Origin: Felis catus
Lineage: Eukaryota
NCBI RefSeq assembly: GCF_018350175.1
Contig: NC_058368.1
Span: forward strand, 121,770,001-121,834,000
DNA: 64,000 bases
Reading direction: 5' to 3'
Under the pieces are notes generated by a model. The model was not told where the DNA came from and ran no database searches. It worked only from the letters and a program-made list of their open reading frames with translations. Below are positions 1-11,990 of the stretch, piece after piece. The translations under genes were made by a program, and so were the position numbers. The first letter of the stretch is position 1. Every line of letters begins with the position of its first letter.

Positions 1-233
1 CTCTTAGCACAGAACCTGATGCAGGGCTCAAACTCGGGAGCCATGAAATCATGACCTGAGCTGAAGTCAGATGCTTAACCAACTGAGCCACCTAGGCACC
101 CCGAGAGAGATTCTTAAGCAGGCCCCACACTCAGCACAGAGTCTGGTGAGGGGCTCAATCCCACGACCCTGGAATCATGACCTGAGCCAAAATCAAGAGT
201 CGGGCGCTTAACCGCCTCAGCCACCCAGGCGCC
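1..233 (-). mobile_element. Two Can-SINE parts: 5' part of an inner SINE (1-102) nested in an outer SINE (103-233); cut by window edge
   Basis: Two reverse-complement tRNA-derived heads ending ...gagccacctaggcacccc and ...ccacccaggcgcc; the outer copy resumes at gagagagattcttaagcagg. Confidence 0.9.
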
Positions 234-235
234 TA

Positions 236-517
236 AGAAATAACCACACTTCCTAAGACAAAATTCTAGTGAGCACTGTGGGATGTTCTATGTTTTTGAA
301 AATCTCTTTCAATACCTGGTTCAATAGAAGAGAGCTGGATTCTCCTATCTGCTTCTCATTCAGTCTGTTGAAGTATCATTCATCATGTAGACTCTAGAAA
401 ACTCCACTGCGCACTCATGAATGTGTGAGAGTAAGAAAGGCAAATAAAATTTTAGTCTTAATAGAAAAGAGTTTCGATCTCATGGGCCTCTGGAGAGGGT
501 CTCCGGGACTCCCAGGA
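236..517. mobile_element. hAT-Charlie (Charlie1-like) DNA transposon relic
   Basis: aatagaagagagctggattctcctatctgcttct...gagagggtctccgggactccc resembles the Charlie1 consensus as I recall it. Confidence 0.6.
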
Positions 518-985
518 AGCTGGTAGTTTAAAAGACTAAAGTACATTCATTGTAAGCAAATAGATGTAGTTGAAGGCAAACAATTTTTTAAGATTAATTA
601 ATTGCTTAATGGGACAGAGCTCTGCTGGGATCCCAGGTTGTACTTGAAAGGCTTGAAACAATTCTGTAAGAATTACAATTCTCAGCGTTGCTAATTTGGA
701 TTGGTTGTACACACCTGTGGGGTTTATCGTATTTCCACCAGAGTCTTGGATTAGGTACACTTGGCAATTACCTTTCGATTTCCAGTTCAGCTGCAAAATA
801 CTTGGCATTTTACATTCTCGGGCAGTTCTGCTGCTAGTTAGGAATGTGGTGATTAACTTGCAGGGTGGGATCAAAGCAGGGCTTGGCTTTCCTGTCATAT
901 TTTATCTTCTAGAGTGAGGAGAATGGTGGTAAAAATAGAGCAGAAATCTCTAATTAAATAAATGTCTTTCAAAATAGAACGGTCA

Positions 986-1110
986 GGGGCGCCTGGCTGG
1001 CTCAGTCGGTGGAGCGTGAGACTCTTGCTCTTGGGATCATGAGTTCAAGCACCACAATGCACAGAGAAGTTCAAAAACATAATAAATAAATACAAATTAA
1101 AAAAAAAAGC
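986..1110 (+). mobile_element. Short tRNA-derived Can-SINE with A-rich tail
   Basis: ggggcgcctggctggctcagtcgg head and B-box gagttcaagc; TSD aaaatagaacggtca (971-985) / aaaatagagctgtca (1111-1125). Confidence 0.85.
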
Positions 1111-1478
1111 AAAATAGAGCTGTCAAAGTGTGTTAGGTTGCAGTGGGCTATAAAATGTTTGCATGCAGACTGGGCAGGCCTGGTGACTTCCCCTGCTTGG
1201 ACGGTGGTTGCATTGGCATCAGCTCAGTGACAAAGAGCCTCTTGCGTTTTGAGCCCTTTTCCATGATGGCTACTTTGAGTATCATGTTGTGACCAGAAGT
1301 TGAGCATCACAGTGACTAAATGTAGTGTTGCTCTCAAAACTTCAGGACCAAACTGATAGGCTTTAATCGTATGTAGGAAGGTGGGGGGTAGCTATTTTGT
1401 TCTGACTATTTGGGGGGGGGGGGAAATCAAGGCTTTGTTATGCAAATGAAATAATTTTGCATTTTCTTCACAAATCTT

Positions 1479-1709
1479 TTTTTTTTATTTTTTATTTTTT
1501 AACGTTTATTTACTTTTGAGACAGAGAGAGAGACAGAGCATGAACGGGGGGAGGGTCAGAGAGAGAGAGGGAGACACAGAATCTGAAACAGGCTCCAGGC
1601 TCTGAGCTGTCAGCACAGAGGCCAACGTGGGGCTCGAACTCACAAGCCGTTGAGATCATGACCTGAGCCGAAGTCGGACGCTTAACCGACTGAGCCACCC
1701 AGGTGCCCC
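1479..1709 (-). mobile_element. Can-SINE (feline type)
   Basis: Full head, (CT)n linker and polyA; TSD acaaatctt on both sides. Confidence 0.95.
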
Positions 1710-1775
1710 ATACAAATCTTAACTGTAATAAGAGAATGGTTTAAATGGATTTGCTGTTTGTCATTCCTGTTCACT

Positions 1776-1925
1776 TTTTAAAAAATGTTTGTTTGTTTGT
1801 TTGTTTATTTTGAGAGATAAAGAAAAAGGAGGAGTAGGGGAGGGACACAGAGAGAGGGAAAGAGAGAATCCTAAGCAGGCGCTGGGCTGTCACGATAGAG
1901 CGGTGGAGGGGCTTGATCCCATGAA
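1776..1925 (-). mobile_element. 5'-truncated Can-SINE
   Basis: Tail and purine linker plus gaatcctaagcagg; tRNA head missing. Confidence 0.75.
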
Positions 1926-3789
1926 GTGCTTGTTCACTTCCTAAATAGTTGTCTGTTAAAGTCAAATTCACTTTGTGTTTCTTGAATGCATATCTTTGGA
2001 TGGTAGAAGAAGTTCAGGAATATGGTGGAGGAGAATTTTGTTTTTGAGAGGCTGACCTGATAATTGCAGATGGTAATCAGCCGACTGGACTTATGTGGTA
2101 GTTTTGTGCAGTTGCATTGATTTGCCAGCAGAGGGCGAGGGAATAAAGTACCTTGCTGCTGACCGCTCAAATGGGGGTGTGAATTCAAATACCTAGGTTG
2201 TGTGTGGGTAGTGGAGATCTTCCTGACCTGGAGCGGTTTTCTGGGTCTGAAAGGACCAGCTTGCATTTGTTGCTAGCTGATGGTTGCCTCATTTGAAGAA
2301 AGCTCCGTTGTTGTCAGATCTTGAGATTTTTTCAAGAGAAGAAAGTATTGCAATTTTCTCTGTGAAATTTGCTGATTGGAAAATAGTTCTTAATTTCTTC
2401 TAAAGCATCATTCAGATAAAAAAGACACATAAGTAGACTGAATTTGCCCTGTGGTCTGCCAAGAATCCTAGGATTATAAATGGCCCACACTTATTTGTCT
2501 CTTCTTAGAAAAGGAAATTACCATCATATGTCTTTATAAGGGAGGAGTGTGGAATATAGGGGGAAAAAAAAAGGTAGAATTGCTTTAGTATTTCAGGGGA
2601 AAGTCATGCAGTCGTTAATCCTGCTTGGGTTAAAATTTCAAGGTGATCATAAATTTTTGTTTTGGAATCCTGAGATAGGAGTTGGGCTGCCTATAAGTAA
2701 AAAATTCTCCTTCAACAAATTCTTTTTTTGAGTCTCAATCAGTATTTATAATAAGTAGTAAGTATTTATAATAAGCCTAATCTTGTGGGAATGACCACAC
2801 ACTCAGGTTTGTGAGGTTGTTTTTCAAATATTCTATCTTGTTTCCCCGTGACTTCTTGACTTAGGACTGGGGAAATGTCGTGACCCTCTGGCTGATGACC
2901 CGGCCGGCGCCTGCCCTCAAGTACTGATGTACAGCCTCCCAAGAGGTCTGTGTGCATTTACTTCGGCCTGTTCCAGACTCTTATTTGTTCTTTTTCTCCA
3001 CACAACAACCAGAATCCTCTTTGGAAAACTCGAATTTGATCAAGTTTTTCCTTCTTCCTTGTTCCTTCTTACTCTTGAAACACTCGAGTGGCTTCTTCCT
3101 GCCCATTAGGCTCAAGTTAAACTCTCCAGAGTCCTGCCCATGCCTGCTTCTCTGGATTGATCTTAACCATGGCCTCTGCTTTGCCCTCCAGCCACCTGGC
3201 CATGTATTTGCCACATTTTCTTGACCTCACAGCTTTGGAACAAAACTATTTTAAACCCCCCAAGACAGCTTTAGTTAAAGTTGAAACCACAGGCAATGAG
3301 CTCTATGGCACATGATGAGAAATATTGAGTAAAGAGGATATTGACACAAGTATTTTTGAATTCAGGTTATTCTTTATCCTTTAGAGACATAAGAGGAAGG
3401 ACAGAATAATAACATTGGGAAATATAAAATTTGACTGAAATCTCTACCTATCATCTTTTCAGCATAAAGGTGAATTTCCAAGTGTTCACTCAAAATGGGC
3501 AAAGAACTTGTAATACTGAGTTGGTCAGCTTAGTTATCTTCTGAGGATTGTGGATTTGTAACTTGGAAAGTGTTTGAGGGAAACTACTTGTAGGGAAAAC
3601 TGCGTTTGCTAACAAGTTTATAGAAGAATATGGATCACTAAATTTGTGACATTAACCAAAGACCGTTAGTTTACTAATCTTCCTATAATTAACCCAAACA
3701 ATACAGTTAAAAATAAAATCAAATAAACGTTGTTATGAATCTTGTATCCACTCTTTTGTTCCCAGTGGTCTAGACAAGCAAGGTCTGAT

Positions 3790-3972
3790 TGTACTTTCTG
3801 TGATGATGGAAATGTTCTACATTTGTATTGCCCAGTATAAATGGGCTAGTGCAATTAAGGAGTTGGATACTTAGTTTTAATTTATAATTAAAGTTTTAAT
3901 TTTAATTGTTAAATAGTTTAAATTTAGTTACACTAATTTTAATTAAAATAGCCACATGTATTTATTGGCTAC
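3790..3972. mobile_element. MER3-like hAT MITE relic
   Basis: actttctgtgatgatggaaatgttcta...aaatagccacatg. Confidence 0.6.
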
Positions 3973-4279
3973 TGCTATGATATCAATGTTTGTGTCCCCC
4001 CGAACTCATGGTGAAATCCTAACTCCCAAGGTGAGGGTATTAGGAGGCACGGCCTTGGGGAGGTGATTGGGTCCTGAGAGTGAAACCCTCCTGAATGTGA
4101 TTATTGCCATGACCATGAGAAGCCATGAGAAGTTTATGGTCAGGAAGAGCGCCCTCATCTGACCATGCGGGTGCCCTGATAATGGATTACCAGCCTCCAG
4201 AACTGTGAGAAATAAATTTCTGTTTACAAGCCACCCAGTCTGTGGCATTTTGTTACAACAGCCTGAGCAGACTAAAATA
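3973..4279 (+). mobile_element. MaLR solo LTR (MLT1A-like)
   Basis: Starts tgctatga...tgtcccccc, contains cagcctccagaactgtgagaaataaatttctg; 5-bp TSD gctac/gctcc. Confidence 0.85.
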
Positions 4280-5984
4280 GCTCCCAGATGAAGATTACTT
4301 GGTTGTTCAGAATGTGTCAGGAAGACTTTGCTTCTTCAGGATTTATTTTTGCCAGTAAAAATACACGAGTGATTCTAACAGGTTAATTTGAAAGCACCGT
4401 GTGCTCTCTTTATTCTATCATAGGGCCTGTGAACATGCAAGGTCCCACTGCATGGAATATTCTTGCCCCCCTGTCCCCCGAGCTAACTGCTCCTCATCCT
4501 TCAGATCTTTCAAGCATTGCTTCTTCTGGGAAGCTTTCCCTGGTATTTCTTAGGAGACCCTATCTCCTATTAACAACATCAGACCTTATACTTCACCAGA
4601 GTAAACGTGGGTTGGGAGAAGCCAAGGAAAGATGGATCACACCAGAGACGGAGCAATTGCTTTGCAAAGCGAGGCATGTAGGGAATCCAGATCCTGTGTG
4701 GCAGACTGGCCTCAAACAGGAGGCGGGCCGTCCTCTGCTCTTGTAAGAGGACAGAAGGAACAGATGGGTGCAGACACATGGAGGTTTTCCATTTGAGGTG
4801 GCAGGTGTGGGAGTTCCTGTCTAGCACTATTGTCCTGATATAGACTGTCAAGCAACAGGGGGACCGAAGGTGGAAGATGGGAGAATTCGGACGAGTGAAG
4901 ATGTGGTCATTCTGGAACAGCAGAATTGGGTCTGGTCTAATGCCTGTTGGAGATAGGGGGTGCTGATTTGTTAGGATACTGGTCTGTGCAAGCGAGGCTT
5001 TACAGGTGTGTGCATAGAGGGAGTCGATGGTTGGGCTGTTCAGGGTTGGGGTTTTGCCAAATCTGGAACAAAAGAGGTCAGACATGTTGAAATCAGGAAA
5101 AACTGCTCTTCATTTTTGCCCCATTGTTGAGACATCTGGGGCTTCTTGCTGATTTTGCTAATACGTAAACCAAAGTTGGTGAATGTGAGTTGAATGTGGA
5201 TGTGAAATCTTAGTGACATAACCCGTTAGCTTCTCTTATCTTTGTTGGTTGGCGAGATACCATAAGACCAGCAGAATATGTAAGTCAAGCTTTCTTCCTC
5301 AGCCCTTGGCTGACTCAGGATGGCATTGGAAGGCATTGCTCTGACTATACAGGAGAAGTCTGACATGACATCATCTTTGTTACATCCATACGCCTCCCTC
5401 CTGACTTAGAAATAGTGGTGGTGAAAGACAAAACCCTTCTGACAGGGAAAGCAAATGAATCTAACTCTCACCTTCTGGGATCTAATGATTCAGTGACTAC
5501 AAAGCCCTGCAAATATCTCAGCTGGGATTCATTTTTATCTGGAAGGAACCAGGCTTGCTGCCTGCTGGGTGGTTTCTGGCGGTCAGTCCGCAGGTGCAGT
5601 GTGTCCGAAGGGGGTCCTCAGCTGACAGTGTGGGTAAGCGTCCCCTGGGAAGGTGGTTGCTGAAATGGCCAGGCCCTTCTGTGGCTTCCATACAGCAACT
5701 CAGTGAGAAGCGGCTCCAGAGCACCTGGGGCCCTGAGCCCTGCCAGCTGCTGCTTCCTTAGACTCTGCCTCATTCTCTCGTTTTCATTTAACATGCATGG
5801 TACCCTTTTATTTCAACCTCCATTCTTAGATGTACAGAGACATGAATGGATTCTAAGAACTGAAATAGGAGAAAGAGCTGTATTTTCCTTGGACTTCTTT
5901 CTGGAATTGCAGGCGTGCCCTCCTTTCAGATGATAACTGAAATGAGTCGAGTGTATCTTTGCAGACTGTTGGATTTGGCTTCTG

Positions 5985-6420
5985 TGTTGCTTAGGATTTA
6001 GATTTGGCTGCCTGTGATAGGGAAACTCAAATAAAAATAGCTTAAGTAAGATAGAAGTTTCTTTGTCACAGAAGGAAAGTCTGGGTGCAGGCAGTCCGGG
6101 GCTGGCATCGTGTCATCAGGGATCCAGGCACCAGTCTGCCATCCCCGGTTCATTTTCTCCATCCTCTGGGTCCCCGCCTGGTCCAATATTGGGGCAAAAA
6201 CATTCATTATGTCCACATCTGGGGCCAGACGTGGAAGGAATGTAGGAAGGTCTCGCTTGGACTTACTTCTGATTGTCTCTCACTGACCAGAATTGAGTCA
6301 TTAGGGTATAATTGCAAGGGATGCTGGGAATTGTAGTCTTTCAGCCACGTTCATTGCTACAATAAATAAAATCATGGTTCTGTTAGGAAAAAACAGGGGA
6401 AAAGGCAACTGGCAATTTCT
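5985..6420 (-). mobile_element. Old MaLR LTR (MLT1J/K-like)
   Basis: gcttaagtaagatagaagtttc...tgcaagggatgctgggaattgtagtcttt motifs. Confidence 0.55.
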
Positions 6421-6574
6421 TTCATGCAAATGTGTGTATAAAAGTACAAACCATTATTTTTATTTATTATACCACGTATACAACTTTTCATCTTGTTTTT
6501 CTCTAGTACAATATGTTTTAGGGATTGTAGTGTTTCACTATACATAAGTCGACTTTCACAGTTGGGTAGTACTG

Positions 6575-6797
6575 TGCAGAGCCCCCTCAGCTCCGCCTAC
6601 CCGGAAGAGAGCCTTCACCTGAACCAGACCATGCTGGCACCTGACCTTCCAGAGCACTAACACCTTCATGAGGGTTGTACCTTCATGACCCAACCATTGA
6701 TGACCTCTCAAAGGCCCCATCACCTAACACCATCAGATTGGGTGGTAGGATTCCAACTTGTGGCTTTGGGGAGGACTTAAACATCCATACCATAGCA
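6575..6797. mobile_element. Rearranged MLT1A-like LTR with two pieces in opposite orientation
   Basis: 6606-6655 matches 4145-4204 on +; 6656-6797 is the reverse complement of the LTR 5' end (tgctatgg...). Confidence 0.65.
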
Positions 6798-7139
6798 GGT
6801 ATCCTCCAAAAGAGAGATTGGGAAGTGAAATGGTGAGTTGAAAATTATGCACATTCAGAACATATCAGTTAAGGCCAAATTTGCCTCTGAGATGGCGATC
6901 CTATTGTATACCTCCCCCATCTGTGTATGCGGGTTCTGGCTCACCTAACTTTGCCTGCACTTGATGTTAGATTACTGTAAAGCTTTGGGCCCCTTGTACT
7001 GGCTTCAAAGAAATGCCTGCTGAGACTAAAGAGTTTGCCAGTAGATCTATAAATTAGTTGTTATCTAAAACTCCAAACCTCCTGTCGATTAAGTAATGTT
7101 ACCACTAACTTTGCTTCTAGTTTTGAAGGCCACTGTCTC

Positions 7140-7416
7140 TTTTTTTTTTTAATATTAGAGAGAGAGTGAGGGAGAGGGGCAGAGGGAGAGGGAGAGAATC
7201 TTTTAAAAATATTTTTAAGTTTATTTATTTACTTTGAGAGAGGTGGGAGAACACAATTGGGGAAGGGGCAGAGAGAGAGGAAGAGAGAGAATCCCAAGCA
7301 TGTTCCACACTGCCAGTGCAGAGCTTGACATGGGGCTTGATTCCATGAACCCATGAGATCATGACCTGAGCCAAAATCAAGAGTTGGACACTCAATTGAG
7401 TAAGCCACCCTGGTGT

Positions 7417-7459
<43 letters not shown>

Positions 7460-7592
7460 CTTAAGCAGGCTTCATGCTCAGTGTGGAGCCTGGTGTAGGG
7501 CTCAGTCTCATGACCCTGGGATCATGACCTGAGCTGAAATCAAGAATAGGATGAGTAGGATGCTCAACCGACTGAACCACCCGGGGCACCCC
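7140..7592 (-). mobile_element. Can-SINE (about 7203-7418) nested in another Can-SINE, with (GA)n at about 7420-7457
   Basis: Outer SINE is split at gagagaatctt, which is duplicated on both sides of the inner copy. Confidence 0.9.
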
Positions 7593-7679
7593 TCAACTGT
7601 CTCTTACATAGCCACACCTGGATCACTGGTGGAACAAATTTGTGTTAATCAGGGAAGAACTCCATGTACTGAAAGCCTG

Positions 7680-7880
7680 TTAGTACCAACTGACACTTAC
7701 TGAGCATTTTCTATATGCTTGACATGCTTATGTCCAATTGACCTTCTCATGTGTTACAATTGACCTTCTCAGGGGTAGGGACCTTCCTCCCCACTTCCAA
7801 AGATGGAGAAACCAACACAAGAAGGAGGTGGCCAGGGTTTCCCAGGTAGAAATTGCGGTGTTGGGATTCAAGCCAAGCTG
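7680..7880 (-). mobile_element. MIR relic
   Basis: acttactgagcattttctatatgc...agatggagaaac...ggattcaagcc. Confidence 0.55.
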
Positions 7881-8147
7881 GCTAGCATTTATTTCTAAGC
7901 CAATCTGAAACACTGCATATGCCTGTGATTATTTAATACTTTAAGCACAACCATTTTGAGTCTCCCCATCTGCACAGCACTCTGATAACAAGCGTGTGGA
8001 TGTTGTGAGTAGGAAGAGGGACAAAGGAGTGAACAGGGGTGGTGGTTAAGAGTTGTGCAGACAGCCCGGTCATTCTGTTCAAGGTCAGTTCCTAGTGAGG
8101 AAGAGAGTGTAGTCCTCACCATAACACCTTCTGTCAATATTGACCTT

Positions 8148-8181
8148 GGTTTTTGTTTTTTAATTTTTAAATGTTTTATTT

Positions 8182-8237
<56 letters not shown>

Positions 8238-8409
8238 CAGAGTACGAGTCGGGGAGAGGCAGAGAGACAGGAAGACAGAATCTACAAAGCAGGCTCCAGG
8301 CTCTGAGCTGTCAGCACAGAGCCCGATGCGGGGCTTGAACCCTTGAACCACAAGATCATGACCTGAGCCGAAGTCGGATGCTTAACTGAGTGAGCCACCC
8401 AGGCGCCCC
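8148..8409 (-). mobile_element. Can-SINE with expanded (GA)n
   Basis: 14-bp TSD tcaatattgacctt (8134-8147, 8411-8424). Confidence 0.95.
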
Positions 8410-10824
8410 TTCAATATTGACCTTATATCGTGTAACAAACAAAGTGTGCTGGGGGAATTCCTGGGGCAGTGAGGATCCTTTTGCAAAAGGGGGCCAGGAG
8501 GTAGGTCATGGCAGTATATGGAGAACTCCAGTTGAAGCCACTGTGCAAGAGCCTCCTACTTCTCTCATTCCTGCTGCCTTTGTCTCACATCACCTGGAAT
8601 GGGCTTTTAAAAATGAAACTCAAAGAGTGTCACTATACACTGATCTTCTAACTGGAATATGCCAGATGTTCCCATTTTAAGATCCTCACATTTGTTCTTT
8701 ACCTGGAGGTCTTTCCAAGGCTGGCTTCGGGGTCCTCTCAGGGAGGTCTCTCCTCACATCTGTTATTCTAGTTATAGCCTTGTAGCCACTTCTCAAGTCC
8801 CCTGAGGTTACTCACCTGGAAATCCTTGCGCATCACCAGTGTGTCTGCCCTTTTGAGGACAATTGTGTGTGAACCCCACCCAGCAGAGCCCTTGTACACG
8901 TTGGCATCTCTGCCTGCAACAGAGTCTGACACACTAAATGAGGGTTGTGTGAATGATGAATGCAGAGGCTCTGGCAAATCAAGGTTTACCTGACTGGCAC
9001 GTTGGCCTCTTGGAATCTGCTTTTTCCTTTGGGGTGTAGAGGGAAATGACTCCGTAATAAGCAGTTTATGTGGCAAATAGATATGCTGTTTGACCTGTAT
9101 GACCTCAGGCGAAACTCACCACAGTCCCGTGAGGATATTGATGTTTGCATTGCGCATATGGGGAAACGGAGGTAATTGGCATCGTCAGGACTACCCACGT
9201 CCCTCCCGAGCTCATGATTTCTCACTGCTTGAGAACTCAAGATTTCCAGTGGTTCTCTACTTCTTTGGCAATACCCGGTTGGGTTCCTTAACGAGTCATG
9301 GGCAAGTTGTAGCTTCAATAAAAAATAAGGGATGGGATAGGGTGAGGGTGTCAGGACCAAAGCCCTTTGGGAAACACGTGGCACAACTTTATCCTACTTT
9401 TAGCAAAAAGCAATTACTCCCTTCTCCCTGGTGTTTGGATCACAGTCAATCAGCTATTTTTACCTTTTAAAGTAGATGGAAGCAAAGCGGTCCTCTGTTT
9501 TCTTGGTACCTTTAGAGCGGGTGGCACAGTATCTGCCCTGCTCAGTTCCCAGTTTGCCCTATTTTGCCACTAAATAAATTTCGTTAGACTGGCCTGGCTT
9601 GGCAGGAGATTACACGTTATGTCGGTGTGTTTAAAAAGTGGGTAATTCATTAGTTAAATGAATACGGCAATTATTAATTTCAATTTATCCTGTTTATTGG
9701 GAACAGCTGTTCATTAACATTTATTTAACTGCTAATTTTAGAGCCAAACTAATTACCTCAAACACAGCGCTGTGGTGTTCTGTACGGAGAAGCACGCCTA
9801 ACCGCTCTGCGTGCCAGAATAGAAAAATAGTGAGCTCTCCAGGGTGCTGTTCTGCAGGTGACCAGGCGGGGGCTCTCCTCAGTTGGAATTCAGACCGTAT
9901 GCCACATGCTTACTTGTCCTCAGGACGGAAATGCTACCGGATACTAAGGCCACAGTGGCAGATTGTCCCCAATGGCCAGGCAGGCAATAAAAATTGATGA
10001 AATGGGAAGATCCGAGAACTCATGCAGCCTCACTGTCTATATTTGTTACTGTACTTTTGGTTCACAGAGAGTTACAAGAAATCTTTCTGAACAGCGAAAA
10101 CGGCAAGCCTGGTGATAAATGGACATTGACCCTCAGTCTGAAATTCCAGGAGAGAGTAAGGACTGGTGGGGATTATAGTAAACTGGAGAGTGTACCACAG
10201 GAGGTTGGATGGCCATTTGACAGCTGCTTCACAGAAGAGCCAGTTGGGAATGTGGGCCCCAAATGGTCAGCTCTTTTAATTTTTCAAAAGCAATTGAATA
10301 TACGCATTTTTATGTGAAATCTCCCAAATTTTAGATGTTAGCTCAAATGTTAAAGAGATACCTAGTATATAACAAAAGATTATCTCTGTGGCTTGAGCTA
10401 TCCATTTGTAGCTTCTGGATAAAGGGTTTCCCAAGATCTGTTTTCTCTGCAGGTAATACTCAGGTGGCTGGTAACTTGTCTTCTGAGATGAAATCTAATT
10501 TATTTGGTTGTCAATCACTTCTTGGATCCACAAAATTTTCTCACTAAAAATATTTTGTTGTAAGGAACATAGTCAACCTGTCTGTGCTTTATTATCCTCG
10601 TTTGTGAGACAAAAGAGTTGGGTTTTATTTATTTTTTTGAGGACTAAATCGAACTTACAAAATCTGCAATTTTAAGATGACTTAAAACGATGTAGGAAAT
10701 ATGCAACTTATAGGAGTCACTAAAATAGAAAAATAATTTTCATGTAGGAGCCATTTTGCTTTGGACTTTTTTTTTTTTTTTGGCCTCTTTTATAGGCAAT
10801 TCTTTTTTGCCGTAATTGAGAGGA

Positions 10825-11180
10825 CCTGAGCTTCAGTGTGTATGAGGATAATTTGAGGTTCTTGTAAAAATGCAGATGCCCAGGGGTGCCTGGGTGGCTC
10901 AGTTGGTTAAATGCGTGGCTTTTGATTTCGGCTCACGTCATGATCTCATGATGTGTGAGATTGGGTTCCGCTGACAGTGCAGAGCCTGCTTGAGATTCTC
11001 TCCCCCCCCTGCCCCTCCCCCACTCACATGTGCTCTCTCTCTCTCAAAATAAATAAATAAACTTAAAAAAAAATACAGATGCCTAGCTCCCTGGGATTCT
11101 GCCCATGTATTTTTAGCACCTGGTTGTAGGCACCCCCAGTGGTTCTGATGCAGAGGGTCCCTGGAGCAAGCTTCCAGAAT
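10825..11180. mobile_element. MER5-like hAT relic interrupted by a SINE
   Basis: cttgtaaaaatgcagatgcc...gtggttctgatgcagagggtccc. Confidence 0.55.
10882..11070 (+). mobile_element. Can-SINE
   Basis: ggggtgcctgggtggctcag head and polyA; TSD aaaaat(g/a)cagatgcc. Confidence 0.9.
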
Positions 11181-11594
11181 TTGTGCTGGATCCTGTGCTT
11201 TGGCACTTAGTGTCTATCACCTTCTGTGTCCCTGTACTCCACCACGGGGATGAGAAGACTAAAAATCACATACTCCTGACTCTTTGGCTTTTAGGATTCT
11301 TGATACAATTTAGGTCCTGGCATGGAGGTGACCTTGAGATTTTGAAGGTAGTAGGGAGGTAAAAACCATTCTTTTTGTTTGCTCTGAGATTTTGTGCTGC
11401 CAATATATGTGAATATTGGTAGAAGCCAGACTCCATGTTTACTATTTGTTCTTTACTTTTGTAGTCTGGGGAAGCTCTGGCTTCAACAGTGGTGGTAGCC
11501 ATGGAAACAGCTAGAGCTTGATAGCTCACTGACAATCATTGTTCTTGCTCTCCAGATCGTGGCTGTGATAGTTAATAATCTTTAAGTCGGAACC

Positions 11595-11990
11595 TGTTTG
11601 AGTCAGTGTAGGTGAGGTTCTGCTGGGTAACAAACAATCTCAAAATCTTAAGTGGCTTATCACAACAAAAGTTTATTTCTTGTTTATGCTACATGCCCAC
11701 TATGGATGGGCGAGGAGCTGTGCTTTGCGTCTCCTCACTCTAACCTTGAGACACATGAAGTAGCCATCCACTCAGTTTTTGCTGGGTACCATGGAAGAGG
11801 GATGGAGAACTGGAGGCACGTTGTCTGAGAGTCAAATGCTCTGACCTGGAAACAATGCATGACCCTTACTCTCAGAAATCAGTGATCAGAACTAGTCATA
11901 AGTTTCACCTACTCACCAAGGGGTTAGGAAGTGGTCCCAGAAGTGGAGAGCTGAACTCCCTGATGAGCAGGACTTAAGACTCCCACAGAA
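11595..11990 (-). mobile_element. Old MaLR LTR (MLT1-type)
   Basis: gtaacaaacaatctcaaaatcttaagtggcttatcacaacaaaagtttatttctt...agaactagtcat. Confidence 0.6.

Noticed and set aside
986..1060. tRNA gene
   Set aside because: The tRNA-like head has an A-rich tail and TSD, so it is a SINE; the same applies to the other A/B-box sequences.
1510..1698. Recurrent small ORFs (MAQSVKRPTSAQ..., ...EPGACFRFCVSLSL) as a peptide family
   Set aside because: These are translations of Can-SINE sequence.
2741..2775. Short direct repeat agtatttataataag (similar ones at about 54830-54870 and 55690-55735)
   Set aside because: Ordinary slippage duplications; no repeat-spacer array, so not CRISPR-like.
4579..5085. 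168-aa ORF as a gene
   Set aside because: No recognisable domain or exon context; length is compatible with chance.
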